Assembly (NCBI GenBank): GCA_052279835.1
Contig: CP181291.1
Span: 6,112,001-6,176,000, forward strand
Origin: Microcoleus sp.
Lineage (GTDB): Bacteria; Cyanobacteriota; Cyanobacteriia; Cyanobacteriales; Microcoleaceae
Length of the DNA: 64,000 nucleotides
Reading direction: 5' to 3'
Under the pieces are notes generated by a model that saw nothing but the letters and a program-made list of their open reading frames with translations, ran no database searches and was not told the origin of the DNA. How positions within the stretch are numbered: position 1 is the stretch's first letter; each line of letters begins with the position of its first letter. Below are positions 11,501-20,581 of this stretch, piece by piece. A program made the position numbers and the translations under genes.

Positions 11501-14500
11501 CTGCTAAACTCGGTTGCAGTGCAGTCGATCGCTCGTAATAGGCGATCGCCGAGGCAATTTTTCCCTGTCGAATAGTAGCGTAGGCTAGATTGTGCAAGGC
11601 TTCAAAGTAATTGGGTTCGATCGCGATCGCCCGTTCATAATTGGCGATCGCCCGATCGTAAAACTCCTTGGCTTCCCCTTCTTTATCCCCTTGTTTTTCC
11701 AAAGCAATGCCCAAATTCAAGTAAGCTTCAGGACAATTAGGATTAACTTGAATCCCTTGCTGATAGCAGTTTATCGCCTCCGCCAAATCCCCTTGGGCTT
11801 CCCGCGCCAGGCCCAGATTAATCCAAGCTTCGGCGCAATGGGGGTTTAAACTCAAAGCGCGATCGTAAACTGCGATCGCCTCTGCTGTTTCCCCTGCATC
11901 CGCCAGAGCACTCCCCAAATTGCTGAGAGTTTCCGCCAAATTCGGCTCAAGGGCTAAAGCTTGGCGGTAATGGGCGATCGCCTCTGGGAGCAAACCCATT
12001 TGTTGTTTGACAACACCGAGATTGCTGTACGCCATGGGGTTATCAGGATCGATCGCGATCGCCCTGGAGTAGCATTCGATCGCACCCAGAAACTCGCCTT
12101 GTCGCTGCAAATCACGCCCCTCCAGCAACGCTGCATCGGCCAAATCCGAAGGCGCGCCATGCACAGAAACCGCCAGCCCCAGAGCCTGCACCACCCGCCC
12201 AAAAACACCCGCCCAGTCGCCCCTGATCGACTGACGAAACAACCGCGCCGTGGGATACCAAGGACTATCTTCCCGCTCCAAAAGCCAGCGCCAATCGGGG
12301 GAAAACGCCAGCAAAATCCACACTGGTTTGCCCAAAGCCCCCGCCAAATGGGCAACAGCGGTATCGACGGTAATCACTAAATCCAGTTGGGCGATCGCAG
12401 CCGCAGTATCAGCAAAATCCCCCAACTGCGGGCTCAAATCGACGATCGAGGTTTGATGTAACAACGCGCGATCGGCCTGTGACAGCTCTTTCTGCAAGCT
12501 ATAAAAACTCACCCCTGAAACGTCCAAAAGTGGCATAAATGCGCTCAAACTGCAAGAACGCTGCATATTTTTGCGATGTTTAGGATTTCCCGCCCAGACA
12601 ATCCCAACTTTGAATTTGCGTCCTGGTAATAGAGCCAATTGACAATCTGCTGGGGGTGTTAAATAAGCAGTATTTGCAGGTATTGTTGACTTAGTTGTAC
12701 CGAGAATGTATGGCAAACTCAACATCGGCGCTTGCACATCAAATTCGGGGATTGGCTCGCCTTTAACTATTAGTAAATCAATGCCATCAACGGTGGCAAA
12801 CAAGCGATGTAATTGCGCGTAACAGCCAACAATTACTCGTCCCCCTTTATTTTTGACGATCGCAGCATAGCGCACAAACTGAATAGAATCGCCCAAACCT
12901 TGTTCGGCGTGGAGTAAAATCGTCTTTCCCTGTAAATCTGAACCATCCCACAGGGGCCGATATTCTCTGGCTGAAATTGTATCATCTGGCCCCGTCAAGA
13001 AACCGGAATGACTTGTGTGAAATCCTTTAATTTTCCAGCGCCATTCGTATTCAGCCAAACCATTTTCTAAGTCTCCCACCAACAACAAAGCCAGGGACAA
13101 ATTCAGACGAGCGCTAGCGTGTTCTGGATTCAAAGATATCACTCGTCGATAACAGGCGATCGCATCTTCTACCGCACCTTTTTCCAGAAAAGTCCGACCT
13201 AAATTGTTGATAGCTTCCACAAAATCTGGTATCAATTCCAGAGCTTTGTGATAATATTCCAGGGCATCTTCTAAATTCCCCTGTTCTTGCAATACTGTCC
13301 CCAGATTGTTTAAAGCTTCCCAGCTATGGGGTTGAACTTCCAGCGCTCGCCGATAGAGATTTACCGCCTCTAAAAGTTCGCCATTTTCTTGTAGCGCCAC
13401 GGCCAAATTTATCAGTGCAGGTACGAAATCTGGTTGCACCGCCAGAGCTTTTTGATAATGTTCGATCGCCTCTTGTGCTTGACCTTTTTCTTCAAATATT
13501 TTTGCCAAATTGTAAGCTGTTTGAGGAATATTTTGGTCGAGTTTCCAGGCTTCTCTATAGTGCGGTATGGCGGCATCTAATTCTCCCTTTTCTTGTTGGA
13601 GAAAACCCAAGTTAATTCTGGCTTGGACGCAATTCGGGACAGTAGAAATAATCTGTTCATAAAGGGCGATCGCCTCTTCTTTCTCGCCGCTTTCCATTAA
13701 GGATTCTGCTTGCTGCAATTGTGCTTCTAAAGCCGCAAAATTAGGCTCTGTTATGTCCATAGCAACCGCATTGAGTGCAGCAGTCTCAATCCCCTGGGAA
13801 ATCTCTGCTTCCCTCGCCATCACCAAGGAGTTGCTAGTTTCCTGTGTGGTTTGCATTGGCAGGAATTGCAGCGGTTCTGGGGCGGCATTGGCGGCAATCC
13901 CCTCTGTGGCATAATTAGCATTGTTGGCGATCGCAAAACAACTTAAAGCAGCTTTGACATCCTCAAACAATGCTTGCCAATTTTCCGGCTGACTTTGGCG
14001 AAACAGTCTCGCCGTCGGATACCAAGGATTGTCCTCTCTATCTAGCAGCCAACGCCAGTCAGGAGCAAAGGAAAGTAACACCCAAACTGGTTTTCCCAAA
14101 GCACCAGCCAAATGTGCAACGGAGGTATCAACGCTGATGACTAAATCCAGTTGAGAGATAGCAGAAGCCGTATCAGCAAAGTCGTTGAGATGGGGACTCA
14201 AATCCGGGACTAGGTGTTGATGTAATAAAGCGCGATCGTCCTCGGACAAGTTTTTTTGTAAACTATAAACAGCGATTCCCGGCACATCTAAAAATTGCAT
14301 AAAATCGCTCAAATTGCAAGAGCGTTGAGCATCTTTTCGGCGTTTGGGATTTCCCGCCCACACAATTCCCACCTTCAATTTAGCATCAGAAGCTAGGGCA
14401 AATTTGCATTCAGGAGGCGGGGCTAAGTAAGGAATATTTGCCGGGATTGTTTCCAAAGTTGTCCCCAAAATATAAGGCAAACTCATTAAAGGTGCGTGAA

Positions 14501-15701
14501 CATCAAAGTCCGGCAAATCTTTAAAATTAAGTGACAAATATTCCACACCAGCAACTGTGGCAAATAATCGCATCAATTCTGGATAGCAAACCAATATCAC
14601 TTTTGCCCCTTGACTGTAAAGCATCGGCGCGTAGCGAATAAACTGAATCGAGTCACCGAAACCTTGCTCAACGTGGAGTAAAATAGTTTTTCCCTGTAAA
14701 CTCGAACCATCCCAAACTGGTTGGGCAAATTGTCTCGGTTGTAGTTGGGAAGTACGCCACCGCCACTCATACTCAGCAAAGCCGCGTCGCAAATCTCCGA
14801 ACAATAACAAAGTTAGGGCAAATTCTACGTGGGCTGTACTGTTTTCTGGCTGCAATTCTAAGGCTCGACCATGACAGGAGAATGCTGATTGAAATTGTCC
14901 GAGATCGACAAAAGCATCACCCAGATTATTAATTGCATCGATGAAATCTGGTTTTAATTTTAAAGCTTGTTGGTAATAGGATACTGCTAGCTGTGCTTTG
15001 CCTTGTTTGTGGTAAGCTGCGCCGATGTTATTGACAGATTCGGCATTGTTGGGATCTAGTTTTAGGGCTTGTTGATAACAGTCAATGGCTGCTTGAAATT
15101 CACCTTGCTGTTGCCATATTGTTCCTAAAGCGATTGTGGTATTGATTAAATTAGGATTGGTATCTAAAGCTTTTTGGTAGCAAGCAATGGCGGCCTGGGT
15201 TTGACCTTGTTCTTTGAAAATATTACCTAAATTATGGGCGATTTCGCTCCAGGTTGGTTCTAGTTTCAGGGCTGTTTGGTAGTAGCTAATAGCGGCGTTG
15301 GTGTCGCCCTGTTGCTGTTTTAGCCAGCCGATATTTTTGTGGGCTAGTGCCGTATGGGGAGCGATTTGAAGGACTTGTTCGTAGGAGGCGATCGCCCTTT
15401 GATGTTCGCCAATATCGAGCAAAACATGAGCCTTGTTTAAATGCGCTTCTACAAAATCTGGCTGTTGGGCGATCGCTTGTTCATAAAAGGCGATCGCCTC
15501 GGCCATTTTACCCTGCTGTCTCACAGCGATTCCCAACAAACAAAGCACATTCGCAGACTCCGGGTGTACGGCTATGACTTGTCGGTACAAACTTTCAGCT
15601 TCTAACAAACGCCCCGCTTGGTGATATTCCCAAGCAATTTTCAAAGACTCTTCCACATTCAGTTTACTGACAGGTTGTTGTGATTTCTTTTGACAAGCCA
15701 T
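5505..15701 (-). CDS. Giant (3398 aa) TPR protein with five TPR + GT9-like glycosyltransferase modules and a C-terminal GT4-like domain
   Basis: Five copies of EQG(F/L)GDxI(Q/H)F(I/V)RYA...VGIVW(A/S)G...DTxVAHLAGALGKP...DWRW...PWYPT, each preceded by TPR arrays. C-terminal GGKLEYRKGQD...EGGTNLVAMESMACG. Confidence 0.88.
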   Translation of the reverse strand: MACQKKSQQPVSKLNVEESLKIAWEYHQAGRLLEAESLYRQVIAVHPESANVLCLLGIAVRQQGKMAEAIAFYEQAIAQQPDFVEAHLNKAHVLLDIGEHQRAIASYEQVLQIAPHTALAHKNIGWLKQQQGDTNAAISYYQTALKLEPTWSEIAHNLGNIFKEQGQTQAAIACYQKALDTNPNLINTTIALGTIWQQQGEFQAAIDCYQQALKLDPNNAESVNNIGAAYHKQGKAQLAVSYYQQALKLKPDFIDAINNLGDAFVDLGQFQSAFSCHGRALELQPENSTAHVEFALTLLLFGDLRRGFAEYEWRWRTSQLQPRQFAQPVWDGSSLQGKTILLHVEQGFGDSIQFIRYAPMLYSQGAKVILVCYPELMRLFATVAGVEYLSLNFKDLPDFDVHAPLMSLPYILGTTLETIPANIPYLAPPPECKFALASDAKLKVGIVWAGNPKRRKDAQRSCNLSDFMQFLDVPGIAVYSLQKNLSEDDRALLHQHLVPDLSPHLNDFADTASAISQLDLVISVDTSVAHLAGALGKPVWVLLSFAPDWRWLLDREDNPWYPTARLFRQSQPENWQALFEDVKAALSCFAIANNANYATEGIAANAAPEPLQFLPMQTTQETSNSLVMAREAEISQGIETAALNAVAMDITEPNFAALEAQLQQAESLMESGEKEEAIALYEQIISTVPNCVQARINLGFLQQEKGELDAAIPHYREAWKLDQNIPQTAYNLAKIFEEKGQAQEAIEHYQKALAVQPDFVPALINLAVALQENGELLEAVNLYRRALEVQPHSWEALNNLGTVLQEQGNLEDALEYYHKALELIPDFVEAINNLGRTFLEKGAVEDAIACYRRVISLNPEHASARLNLSLALLLVGDLENGLAEYEWRWKIKGFHTSHSGFLTGPDDTISAREYRPLWDGSDLQGKTILLHAEQGLGDSIQFVRYAAIVKNKGGRVIVGCYAQLHRLFATVDGIDLLIVKGEPIPEFDVQAPMLSLPYILGTTKSTIPANTAYLTPPADCQLALLPGRKFKVGIVWAGNPKHRKNMQRSCSLSAFMPLLDVSGVSFYSLQKELSQADRALLHQTSIVDLSPQLGDFADTAAAIAQLDLVITVDTAVAHLAGALGKPVWILLAFSPDWRWLLEREDSPWYPTARLFRQSIRGDWAGVFGRVVQALGLAVSVHGAPSDLADAALLEGRDLQRQGEFLGAIECYSRAIAIDPDNPMAYSNLGVVKQQMGLLPEAIAHYRQALALEPNLAETLSNLGSALADAGETAEAIAVYDRALSLNPHCAEAWINLGLAREAQGDLAEAINCYQQGIQVNPNCPEAYLNLGIALEKQGDKEGEAKEFYDRAIANYERAIAIEPNYFEALHNLAYATIRQGKIASAIAYYERSTALQPSLAETLISLGSSLQQQGKLDEALAVCQQAIQKLPSHAEAHCNLGIVFQKQGKIANAIACYHQALSLKPDFPTALNNLGKAFEDEGKMAEAIECYQRAIELQPDGINSCNGLGNALRQQGQFTDAVACYSHGVEFNKTHPEAHLNLALALLLMGDFERGFSEYEWRLLVQEKQFPTNNFIQPFWDGKDLEGKTILLCPEQGLGDAIQFIRYADLVKQKGGNVIVWCSPQLQRLFEQVWAIDQLIVDPETAPDFDVRAQLMSLPHLLGTTLATIPAQVPYLAPPPGLEFTLHPTYNLKVGIVWSGNPKNSQNDLRSFPLTCVVKLLDIPGVEFYSLQKECPEAERTLLEPMQIADLSPYLHDFADTAAAILALDLVISMDTSVAHLAGALGKPVWILLCFTPDWRWMLEGEESPWYPTARLFRQEKAGDWEGVFGRVALALKTLIGEHQPEEKLIENQSSLELAQQQFNLGNLLKSQGKFSEAIAYFKKALVYQPDLIAATTNLAVTLHQIGDFTEAARYYLRAIEIDPDSPQGYNNLGILHQSQGYIAEAVSCFQKAIALNPLYVKALNNLGSILQQQGEFSSAIAYFQQALSATSNYVPALINLGVTMEAKGQPEEAKRFYQQCIYLEPDNPQGYYYLGNLYLKIHEFTSAIDNLETALVLQPDCVESLNNLGSALEGIGDLPKAIASYERALKLDAKCAKAHFNLSLALLLNGDFERGFAEYEWRWETEQGKQLDWFPLAQPVWDGSDLAGKTILLRCEQGFGDAIHFVRYASILQQKGAKVLVSCYRELKGLFQTIPGIEQVVVKVEELPEFQLQAPLMSLPYILGTNLENIPANIPYLSPPADGNLSLDSSPNFKIGIVWAGSSEHLKDFMRSTDLSYFLKLLDIPGIIFYSLQKELSAGDLTLLNQIPVTDLSDNLKDFADTAAVIAQLDLVISVDTAVAHLAGALGKPVWILLSFVPDWRWMLEREDSPWYPTARLFRQQKPGDWEGVFDRLKTALQHMVGTHHPPTLQSNLLSPAQVEFHIANALNKQGKKAAAIARYKQVIALNPSHAEAHSHLGYLQQEDGLISEAISHYQQALEIDPNQGETNLYLGCVLKEEGKVALAIEYYDRAIQLSSDSAHTHLRLALALLSTGNFSRGFAEYEWRWQTQELEARYFAQPLWDGGNFQGKTILLHSEQGFGDAIHFIRYAPLVKQKGGKVMVACHQSLQRLFAGVAGIDSVVTRPKDLLEFQLQAPLLSLPKIMGTTLENLPVNIPYLAPPQDFKYSLEPKDTLKVGIVWSGSPLHRKNHDRSCTLNDFRKFLNVPGVSFYNLQKDLSLGDRTLLNQQQVQDLSPELGDFADSAAIISQLDLVICVDTAVAHLAGALGKPVWILLSFVPDWRWMLEREDSPWYPTVRLFRQQKAGDWEGVCDRLKTALEHLISTPSQAQPQIQAPETPPLTPRECFQAFQLDSDPPKSPLKRGTLSEFSPLCRGGAPVPARLLGGSPGLKTGPRSQAQPGNADPEAPPQITRSQAQPQIQAPETPPLTPRECFQAFQLDSDPPKSPLKRGTLSEFSPLCRGGAPVPARLLGGSPGLKTGPRSQAQPGNAEPQNQPQIQPPQTPPKQTGIGITWPVSVTSGWGIYGMNLTLQLVTNPAWEVALLAPPSLSEIINPLHKSLLLPLLEKQQQFQKLVAANSDKQINCNFPALYALGNNLASSGVENQITSDFPVGVIFFEDTRITAEALEKAKKYSSIVAGSHWNADVLKSYGLTNVAMVNQGIDPAIFHPAPKSNLFGDRFVIFSGGKLEYRKGQDIIVAAYKRFQKKHPEALLLTAWHNFWPQYMLGIEQTGNVIGFPNINRDGSLGIAQWLVANGLPVDSFIDIGLIPNHLAGQILREADAAVFTNRCEGGTNLVAMESMACGIPTILSANTGHLDLIHSNNCYPLSTQGRVKPTVHFSGIEGWGESEVDEVVEALEQIYTNREQAKSRGLAAANFMLDWTWEKQVKRFLDVIGGLYT
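6742..7227. repeat. In-frame tandem duplication (two identical 225-bp copies, period 261 bp) containing nested MITE/REP elements
   Basis: 6742-6966 equals 7003-7227. Each copy holds an element bounded by GGGCCTGTTTTCAA...TTGAAAACACTCCC with an internal GGGCGGGCACGGGGGCACCGCCCCTAC. Confidence 0.9.
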
Positions 15702-15807
15702 AGTTATCTGTGTTGTTTGGGATTTCGCTAACTGGTAAGTGCCAACTTTTTGTAATGTGTTAACTATTCCTTCCTTCTATTTACCTCCTCCCTCAGCCCA
15801 AGGGCTT

Positions 15808-16063
15808 TCATTCTTCCGATCGATCTTCCATCTTGCATCTCCCCTCTTCCCTCTTCCCTCCCCCCTCTTCCCTCTTCCCTCTTCCATCCCCCCTTGGGGG
15901 GGTAGGGCTTCCATCCCCCCTTGGGGGGGGTAGGGGGGGGTTCTTCTTCCTTCTTCCTTCTTCCCTCTTCCTTCTTCCTTCTTCCCTCTTCCCTCTTCCC
16001 TCTTCCCTCTTCCCTCTTCCTTCTTCCCTCTTCCCTCTTCCTTCTTCCTTCTTCAATCTTCCT
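15808..16063. repeat. Heptamer short tandem repeats (CTTCC(C/T)T) with embedded CCCCCCTTGGGGGG palindromes
   Basis: Visible pyrimidine heptamer array; the same composite occurs at about 20435-20580 and 36045-36118. Confidence 0.85.
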
Positions 16064-17059
16064 TCATCCCAACCAACAAGCTGCTGGAAAAATTATATAC
16101 TCTAGAAAAAATAACTTCCAGATCGATTGATAAAATTGAGCTACCTGCATTTTATCCTCCAAATCAACTTTGAGGCTCCAAAACCACATCAAACCCAAAG
16201 CCACCACATGAGTAAGCGCCAGAAATCCTAAATTAACATTTGGCAATATTAACACTCCTGCTAAAATTATGCCGACATAACAAACAGTCAATACCCAGCG
16301 AGACAAATCAAAGACGGCAGGCTTTCCCATTTTAATCGTAAACGTTGTAATATTGTATTGCCGATCGCCCTCCATGTCAGGAATATCTTTAAAAATGGCG
16401 ATCGCAAAGGTAAACACCACTACAAATACCGTCAGTACCCAAACTTTCCCAGGAATCGCCACAGACAAACTCTCCAAATCCCAGCCCGAAACAACACTTT
16501 TCGCCCTTCCCACACTCAACACCCAATTAAAGTGCAAAAATAACCCTAAATTTACAATCGCGCCCCGCACCGTAAAAATGCACAGCGCCGCCCAAAAAGG
16601 AAACCGCTTCAGCCGAATTGGCGGCAGAGAATAAGCAGTCCCGATCACCAAACTGACACCAACAGTCGCCAGCAAAAACGGTCCTTGCAAAATCGCCGTT
16701 AAAATTGCGATCGCACCAGTCAAAGCAACTATTAATTCTCCGGTTTTCTGAGAAAACTCTCCCGATGCTAGGGGCAAATAAGGCTTATTAATTTTATCTA
16801 TTTCAACATCTTCTAACTGATTCAATCCCACAATATAAATATTACCACAAATACAAGCTAACCAGGCAAACGCCAGCGGTAAAACTACAGGATTCGCCAA
16901 CAGTAGATCGCTTTGGGCGATCGCATACAAAGCCAACACGCTCAAGCTAGTACCGATAATTGTGTGCGGCCGAGAAAACTCCCAAAACGCCCTCAGCCAG
17001 CCTTGGGGAACCAAACCATTGCGATCGCTCTCAGACTTACCCGCAGAATCATTACTCAT
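16064..17059 (-). CDS. hpt: Homogentisate phytyltransferase (UbiA family, tocopherol synthesis)
   Basis: FSRPHTIIGT, IYIVGLNQLEDVEIDKINKPYLPLASGE, AIFKDIPDMEGD, IWKLFFLEY; ATG at 17059 preferred. Confidence 0.9.
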   Translation of the reverse strand: MSNDSAGKSESDRNGLVPQGWLRAFWEFSRPHTIIGTSLSVLALYAIAQSDLLLANPVVLPLAFAWLACICGNIYIVGLNQLEDVEIDKINKPYLPLASGEFSQKTGELIVALTGAIAILTAILQGPFLLATVGVSLVIGTAYSLPPIRLKRFPFWAALCIFTVRGAIVNLGLFLHFNWVLSVGRAKSVVSGWDLESLSVAIPGKVWVLTVFVVVFTFAIAIFKDIPDMEGDRQYNITTFTIKMGKPAVFDLSRWVLTVCYVGIILAGVLILPNVNLGFLALTHVVALGLMWFWSLKVDLEDKMQVAQFYQSIWKLFFLEYIIFPAACWLG

Positions 17060-17185
17060 AAACCTAAATTGCCCCAAAAATTAATTAACAAATTGTCTCA
17101 CAAAATAAGAACAGATCTTAAAGTTAAATTTCTTAATCACCAGGTGAGGGAAACAGACTGTTGTCTCCCCACCGCCCTTTTTCTG

Positions 17186-17770
17186 TTAAACCCTACCCCA
17201 CAAAGCCAAGCCACCACCTCTTCCCCTAGCCGCAATTATCCCATCTTCCACTAGAAAATAAGCAAAAAAAGCCTGTTTCCCCACACTCAAACTCAAAAAT
17301 TCCGCCTCCCGCGCTTCCCCACCGCGAATATATCCTTGATATACAGTTTTCCCCAACAACTTCACCATAATTCTGGTAAAATCAAAAGCTAAAATATTAT
17401 TAGGTAAAAACTTAGTAGGCCCGGAAAGAGTCAGTTCCATAGTACCAATTTTCACAGAATTTTCGACTCTGCCAATTTCACTATTGTCTTCTCCTTCGGC
17501 CACAGGTGCTGCGGAGTAAGCTATTTGAATTTTCGCAATCCACTGAGGAATGTATTTTCCCGCACCTAACACAATTCCCGCTTTTTGTCTAGTCTTTTTT
17601 GTACCAGTGATAAAGCACAGTTGCCAGTTGCCGATTAGCTGCTGAAAACTATAGCGAGGTTTGGTTTTTTTGGAGTTTTTCTCGGCAGCTAGCAGGGCTG
17701 TGACTACTGCGTTGGAAGATGGTTTAGAATTAGATTTGGCGGCTTGTTCTAGAATTGATATATGTTCCAT
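17186..17770 (-). CDS. Conserved cyanobacterial hypothetical protein (possibly fibrillin/PAP-like)
   Basis: LIGNWQLCFITG and C-terminal IAARGRGGGLALW, as in fibrillin-like barrels. Confidence 0.6.
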   Translation of the reverse strand: MEHISILEQAAKSNSKPSSNAVVTALLAAEKNSKKTKPRYSFQQLIGNWQLCFITGTKKTRQKAGIVLGAGKYIPQWIAKIQIAYSAAPVAEGEDNSEIGRVENSVKIGTMELTLSGPTKFLPNNILAFDFTRIMVKLLGKTVYQGYIRGGEAREAEFLSLSVGKQAFFAYFLVEDGIIAARGRGGGLALWGRV

Positions 17771-17920
17771 TTAACCAACAATATAGTAGCAGGAAGTTTG
17801 GGAGTGATGAGTTTAGTCCTCAACAGCGAAATTAGACGCTAATCAGGACTAAAGTCCTGACTACAAATTTAACTACAGATGTATTTTACCCGCTCATCTA
17901 CTTAATTAGTGGAGAAAAAC

Positions 17921-19480
17921 ATGGTTACGATCGCCCCAAACAACACAGAAATCATCATCATCGGCAGTGGAATCGGCGGGTTATGTTGCGGTGCAATGCT
18001 TGCCCGCTATGGATTTGAGGTTATAGTTTGCGAAAGTCATTCCCTCGCCGGCGGGGCTGCACACGGCTTTGAAAAGGGCGGATTTAACTTCGACTCCGGG
18101 CCCTCCCTCTACTCAGGACTATCTTACAGCCCCTCGGCAAATCCGCTGCGACAAGTTTTGGATGCGATCGGTGAACAACTCCCCTGCATCACCTACGATA
18201 CTTGGGGCTGCTGTTTGCCCGAAGGCGATTTCGACACTTCCGTCGGCGCGAGTCAATTTGGGGAAGTGCTTGCCAGACTGCGAGGCACCGCCGCCGTCGC
18301 CGAATGGCAACAACTCCAGCGCGTCATGGAGCCCTACGCCCAAGCAGCCACCGCCTTGCCCCCCCTGGCTTTGCGCTTCGATTTAGGGGCTGTTTTCACC
18401 CTAGGCCAATTTGCCCCAGCTTTCCTGCAAAGCGCCGGCAATGCCCTGAAACTGGCTGGCCCTTTCAGCCAAATTATGGACGAAAATGTCAAAGATCCCT
18501 TTGTGCGCAATTGGCTGAACCTGTTGTGTTTCCTGCTGTCTGGACTTCCGGCAGACGGGACTATCTCCGCCGAAGTCGCCTTCATGTTTGCCGACTGGTA
18601 TCGCCCCAATGCCGTTTTAGACTATCCCATCGGCGGTAGTGCAGGTTTGGTAAATGCCCTGGTACGGGGTTTAGAGCGCCACGGAGGCCAGTTGCTGCTG
18701 AATTCCCACGTCGCAGAGGTTTTGGTGGAAAACAACCGGGCTGTGGGCGTGCGGCTGCGATCGGGCAAAGTTATTCGATCGCACAAAGCCGTCATCTCCA
18801 ACGCTTCGGTGTGGGATACCCTGAAACTGCTGCCTGAAACTTCCGTACCCAAAAGCTTTCGGCAACAGCGACAGGCAACTCCCGAATGCGACAGTTTCAT
18901 GCACCTGCATTTGGGAATTGACGCCACGGGAGTGCGATCGGACTTAGCCTGTCACTACATCTTTGTCAAAGACTGGGAACAGGGCATTAGCGCACCTCAG
19001 AACGTCGTTCTCATCTCGATTCCCTCCCTCCTCGACCCCGGACTTGCCCCAGCCGGAAAGCACGTCATTCACGCTTACACGCCCGGAAATGAGCCCTACG
19101 ATTTGTGGCAAAATCTCGATCGCACCAGCGTCGCATACCAACAGCAAAAACAAGCACGGGCAGAGGTAATGTGGGAAGCCTTAGAGAGGATTATTCCCGA
19201 TATTCGATCGCGCGCAGAAGTCACCCTCATCGGCACACCCCTCACCCACCAACGGTTTTTGCGCCGCCATCGCGGTTCCTACGGGCCTGGAATTCCCGCG
19301 GGTAGGGGCTTGTTTCCGGGGCCGGGAACACCTTTAGCAGGGCTGTATTGCTGCGGAGATTCCACCTTTCCGGGGATTGGTTTGCCCGCTGTCGCCGCTA
19401 GCGGGGCGATCGCAGCTAATTCCATCGCCCCGTTGCACAAACATTTGGAAATGCTGCGCAGTATTAGAAATTTCCAATAA
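17921..19480 (+). CDS. FAD-dependent oxidoreductase, phytoene desaturase/carotenoid isomerase family
   Basis: IIIGSGIGGL, FDSGPSL, YPIGGS, GTPLTHQRFL, CGDSTFPGIGLPAVAASG; GGAG precedes ATG 17921. Confidence 0.85.
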   Translation: MVTIAPNNTEIIIIGSGIGGLCCGAMLARYGFEVIVCESHSLAGGAAHGFEKGGFNFDSGPSLYSGLSYSPSANPLRQVLDAIGEQLPCITYDTWGCCLPEGDFDTSVGASQFGEVLARLRGTAAVAEWQQLQRVMEPYAQAATALPPLALRFDLGAVFTLGQFAPAFLQSAGNALKLAGPFSQIMDENVKDPFVRNWLNLLCFLLSGLPADGTISAEVAFMFADWYRPNAVLDYPIGGSAGLVNALVRGLERHGGQLLLNSHVAEVLVENNRAVGVRLRSGKVIRSHKAVISNASVWDTLKLLPETSVPKSFRQQRQATPECDSFMHLHLGIDATGVRSDLACHYIFVKDWEQGISAPQNVVLISIPSLLDPGLAPAGKHVIHAYTPGNEPYDLWQNLDRTSVAYQQQKQARAEVMWEALERIIPDIRSRAEVTLIGTPLTHQRFLRRHRGSYGPGIPAGRGLFPGPGTPLAGLYCCGDSTFPGIGLPAVAASGAIAANSIAPLHKHLEMLRSIRNFQ

Positions 19481-19514
19481 TTATTTGTAGTTTCTGGTTT
19501 GTGATTGGTCAATT

Positions 19515-20366
19515 TTAATTAACTTTACGCTCAGTAACCAAAGTCAAACTTACCCATTCACCTTTCTCATTATAACTGCGAATCATCCGCAACCTCAAGT
19601 CAGGTTCCACCAACCAACCAGCCTCAAAAAATACTGGTTTTCTGAGTTCAACTTGCACAGGTAAGGTGCAAGAACCACCGTCAGGAAGCAGCACAACTTG
19701 CATCGGCGTAGTACCTTCCTTAAAATTAATCACCGAACCTTCTATGATACCTGTCGAAGCGATCGTCTTAGCCTCAGCATTCGTCCCAAAACTAATTTTC
19801 TGCACCAGGCGATCGCCACTTTCCAAATCCAATTGCAGTTTTGTAGCATAGCAATCAGGCCCGCGCCAATCTGGATACATCGTCACCGCTTCCCCATGCC
19901 ATTCTCCCAGTAAAGCGTCAATAGTCAAAGGCGGACGTTCAGGCACATTTTTATCCGGCTGATGTTCCCGAATTAAAGTCAAAGTTGATAAATTTCCCTT
20001 AGTATCGTACAACTGAACTAACCGCAATCGATGATAATTATAGATAAAACCAAACTCAGCACCGCATTCCGAAAAAGGCGCTATTTGAATACTCCCCTGA
20101 CAAAAAGCTCCATTCTCAAAAAATAGGATATCCCGTCCCAAGTTTTGATATTCTCGAACAATTTCCCGGACTTCTGGTTCGCCAACACCACTAGGATTTG
20201 GGTAAAAACGACGCAGTTTTAATCGGACACTTTTGCGATCGTTAAGACTTTCGAGAGTAATAATACTAGGAGTATCTTGAACAACCTCTCCCCGTGGCGA
20301 TAACTCAGTAAAAGAACCGTGCCATTCTCCCAAATTTTGCAGAAAGTTTTCCCATTGTGATACCAT
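19515..20366 (-). CDS. DUF3598-family protein
   Basis: SQWENFLQNLGEWHGSFT start and duplicated beta-barrel halves ending MIRSYNEKGEWVSLTLVTE. Confidence 0.75.
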   Translation of the reverse strand: MVSQWENFLQNLGEWHGSFTELSPRGEVVQDTPSIITLESLNDRKSVRLKLRRFYPNPSGVGEPEVREIVREYQNLGRDILFFENGAFCQGSIQIAPFSECGAEFGFIYNYHRLRLVQLYDTKGNLSTLTLIREHQPDKNVPERPPLTIDALLGEWHGEAVTMYPDWRGPDCYATKLQLDLESGDRLVQKISFGTNAEAKTIASTGIIEGSVINFKEGTTPMQVVLLPDGGSCTLPVQVELRKPVFFEAGWLVEPDLRLRMIRSYNEKGEWVSLTLVTERKVN

Positions 20367-20581
20367 ATTTTTACCTCTCACTTTCTCCCAATCTTATCAG
20401 AAAATATATTTTTTTAAGTAACTTAAACTATAGATTTTCCCCCTTCTTCCTTCTTATTTCCCCCTTCTTCCTTCTTATTTCCCCCCTTGGGGGGGGTAGG
20501 GGGGGGTTCTTCTTCCTTCTTCCTTCTTCCATCTTCCATCTTCCATCTTCCTTCTTCCATCTTCCATCTTCCTTCTTCCTT

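Noticed and set aside
15739..16130. Several 64-90 aa ORFs (KREEGR / SSLFPL repeats)
   Set aside because: Translations of heptamer tandem repeats; the same applies to ORFs at 25119-25339 and 35949-36167
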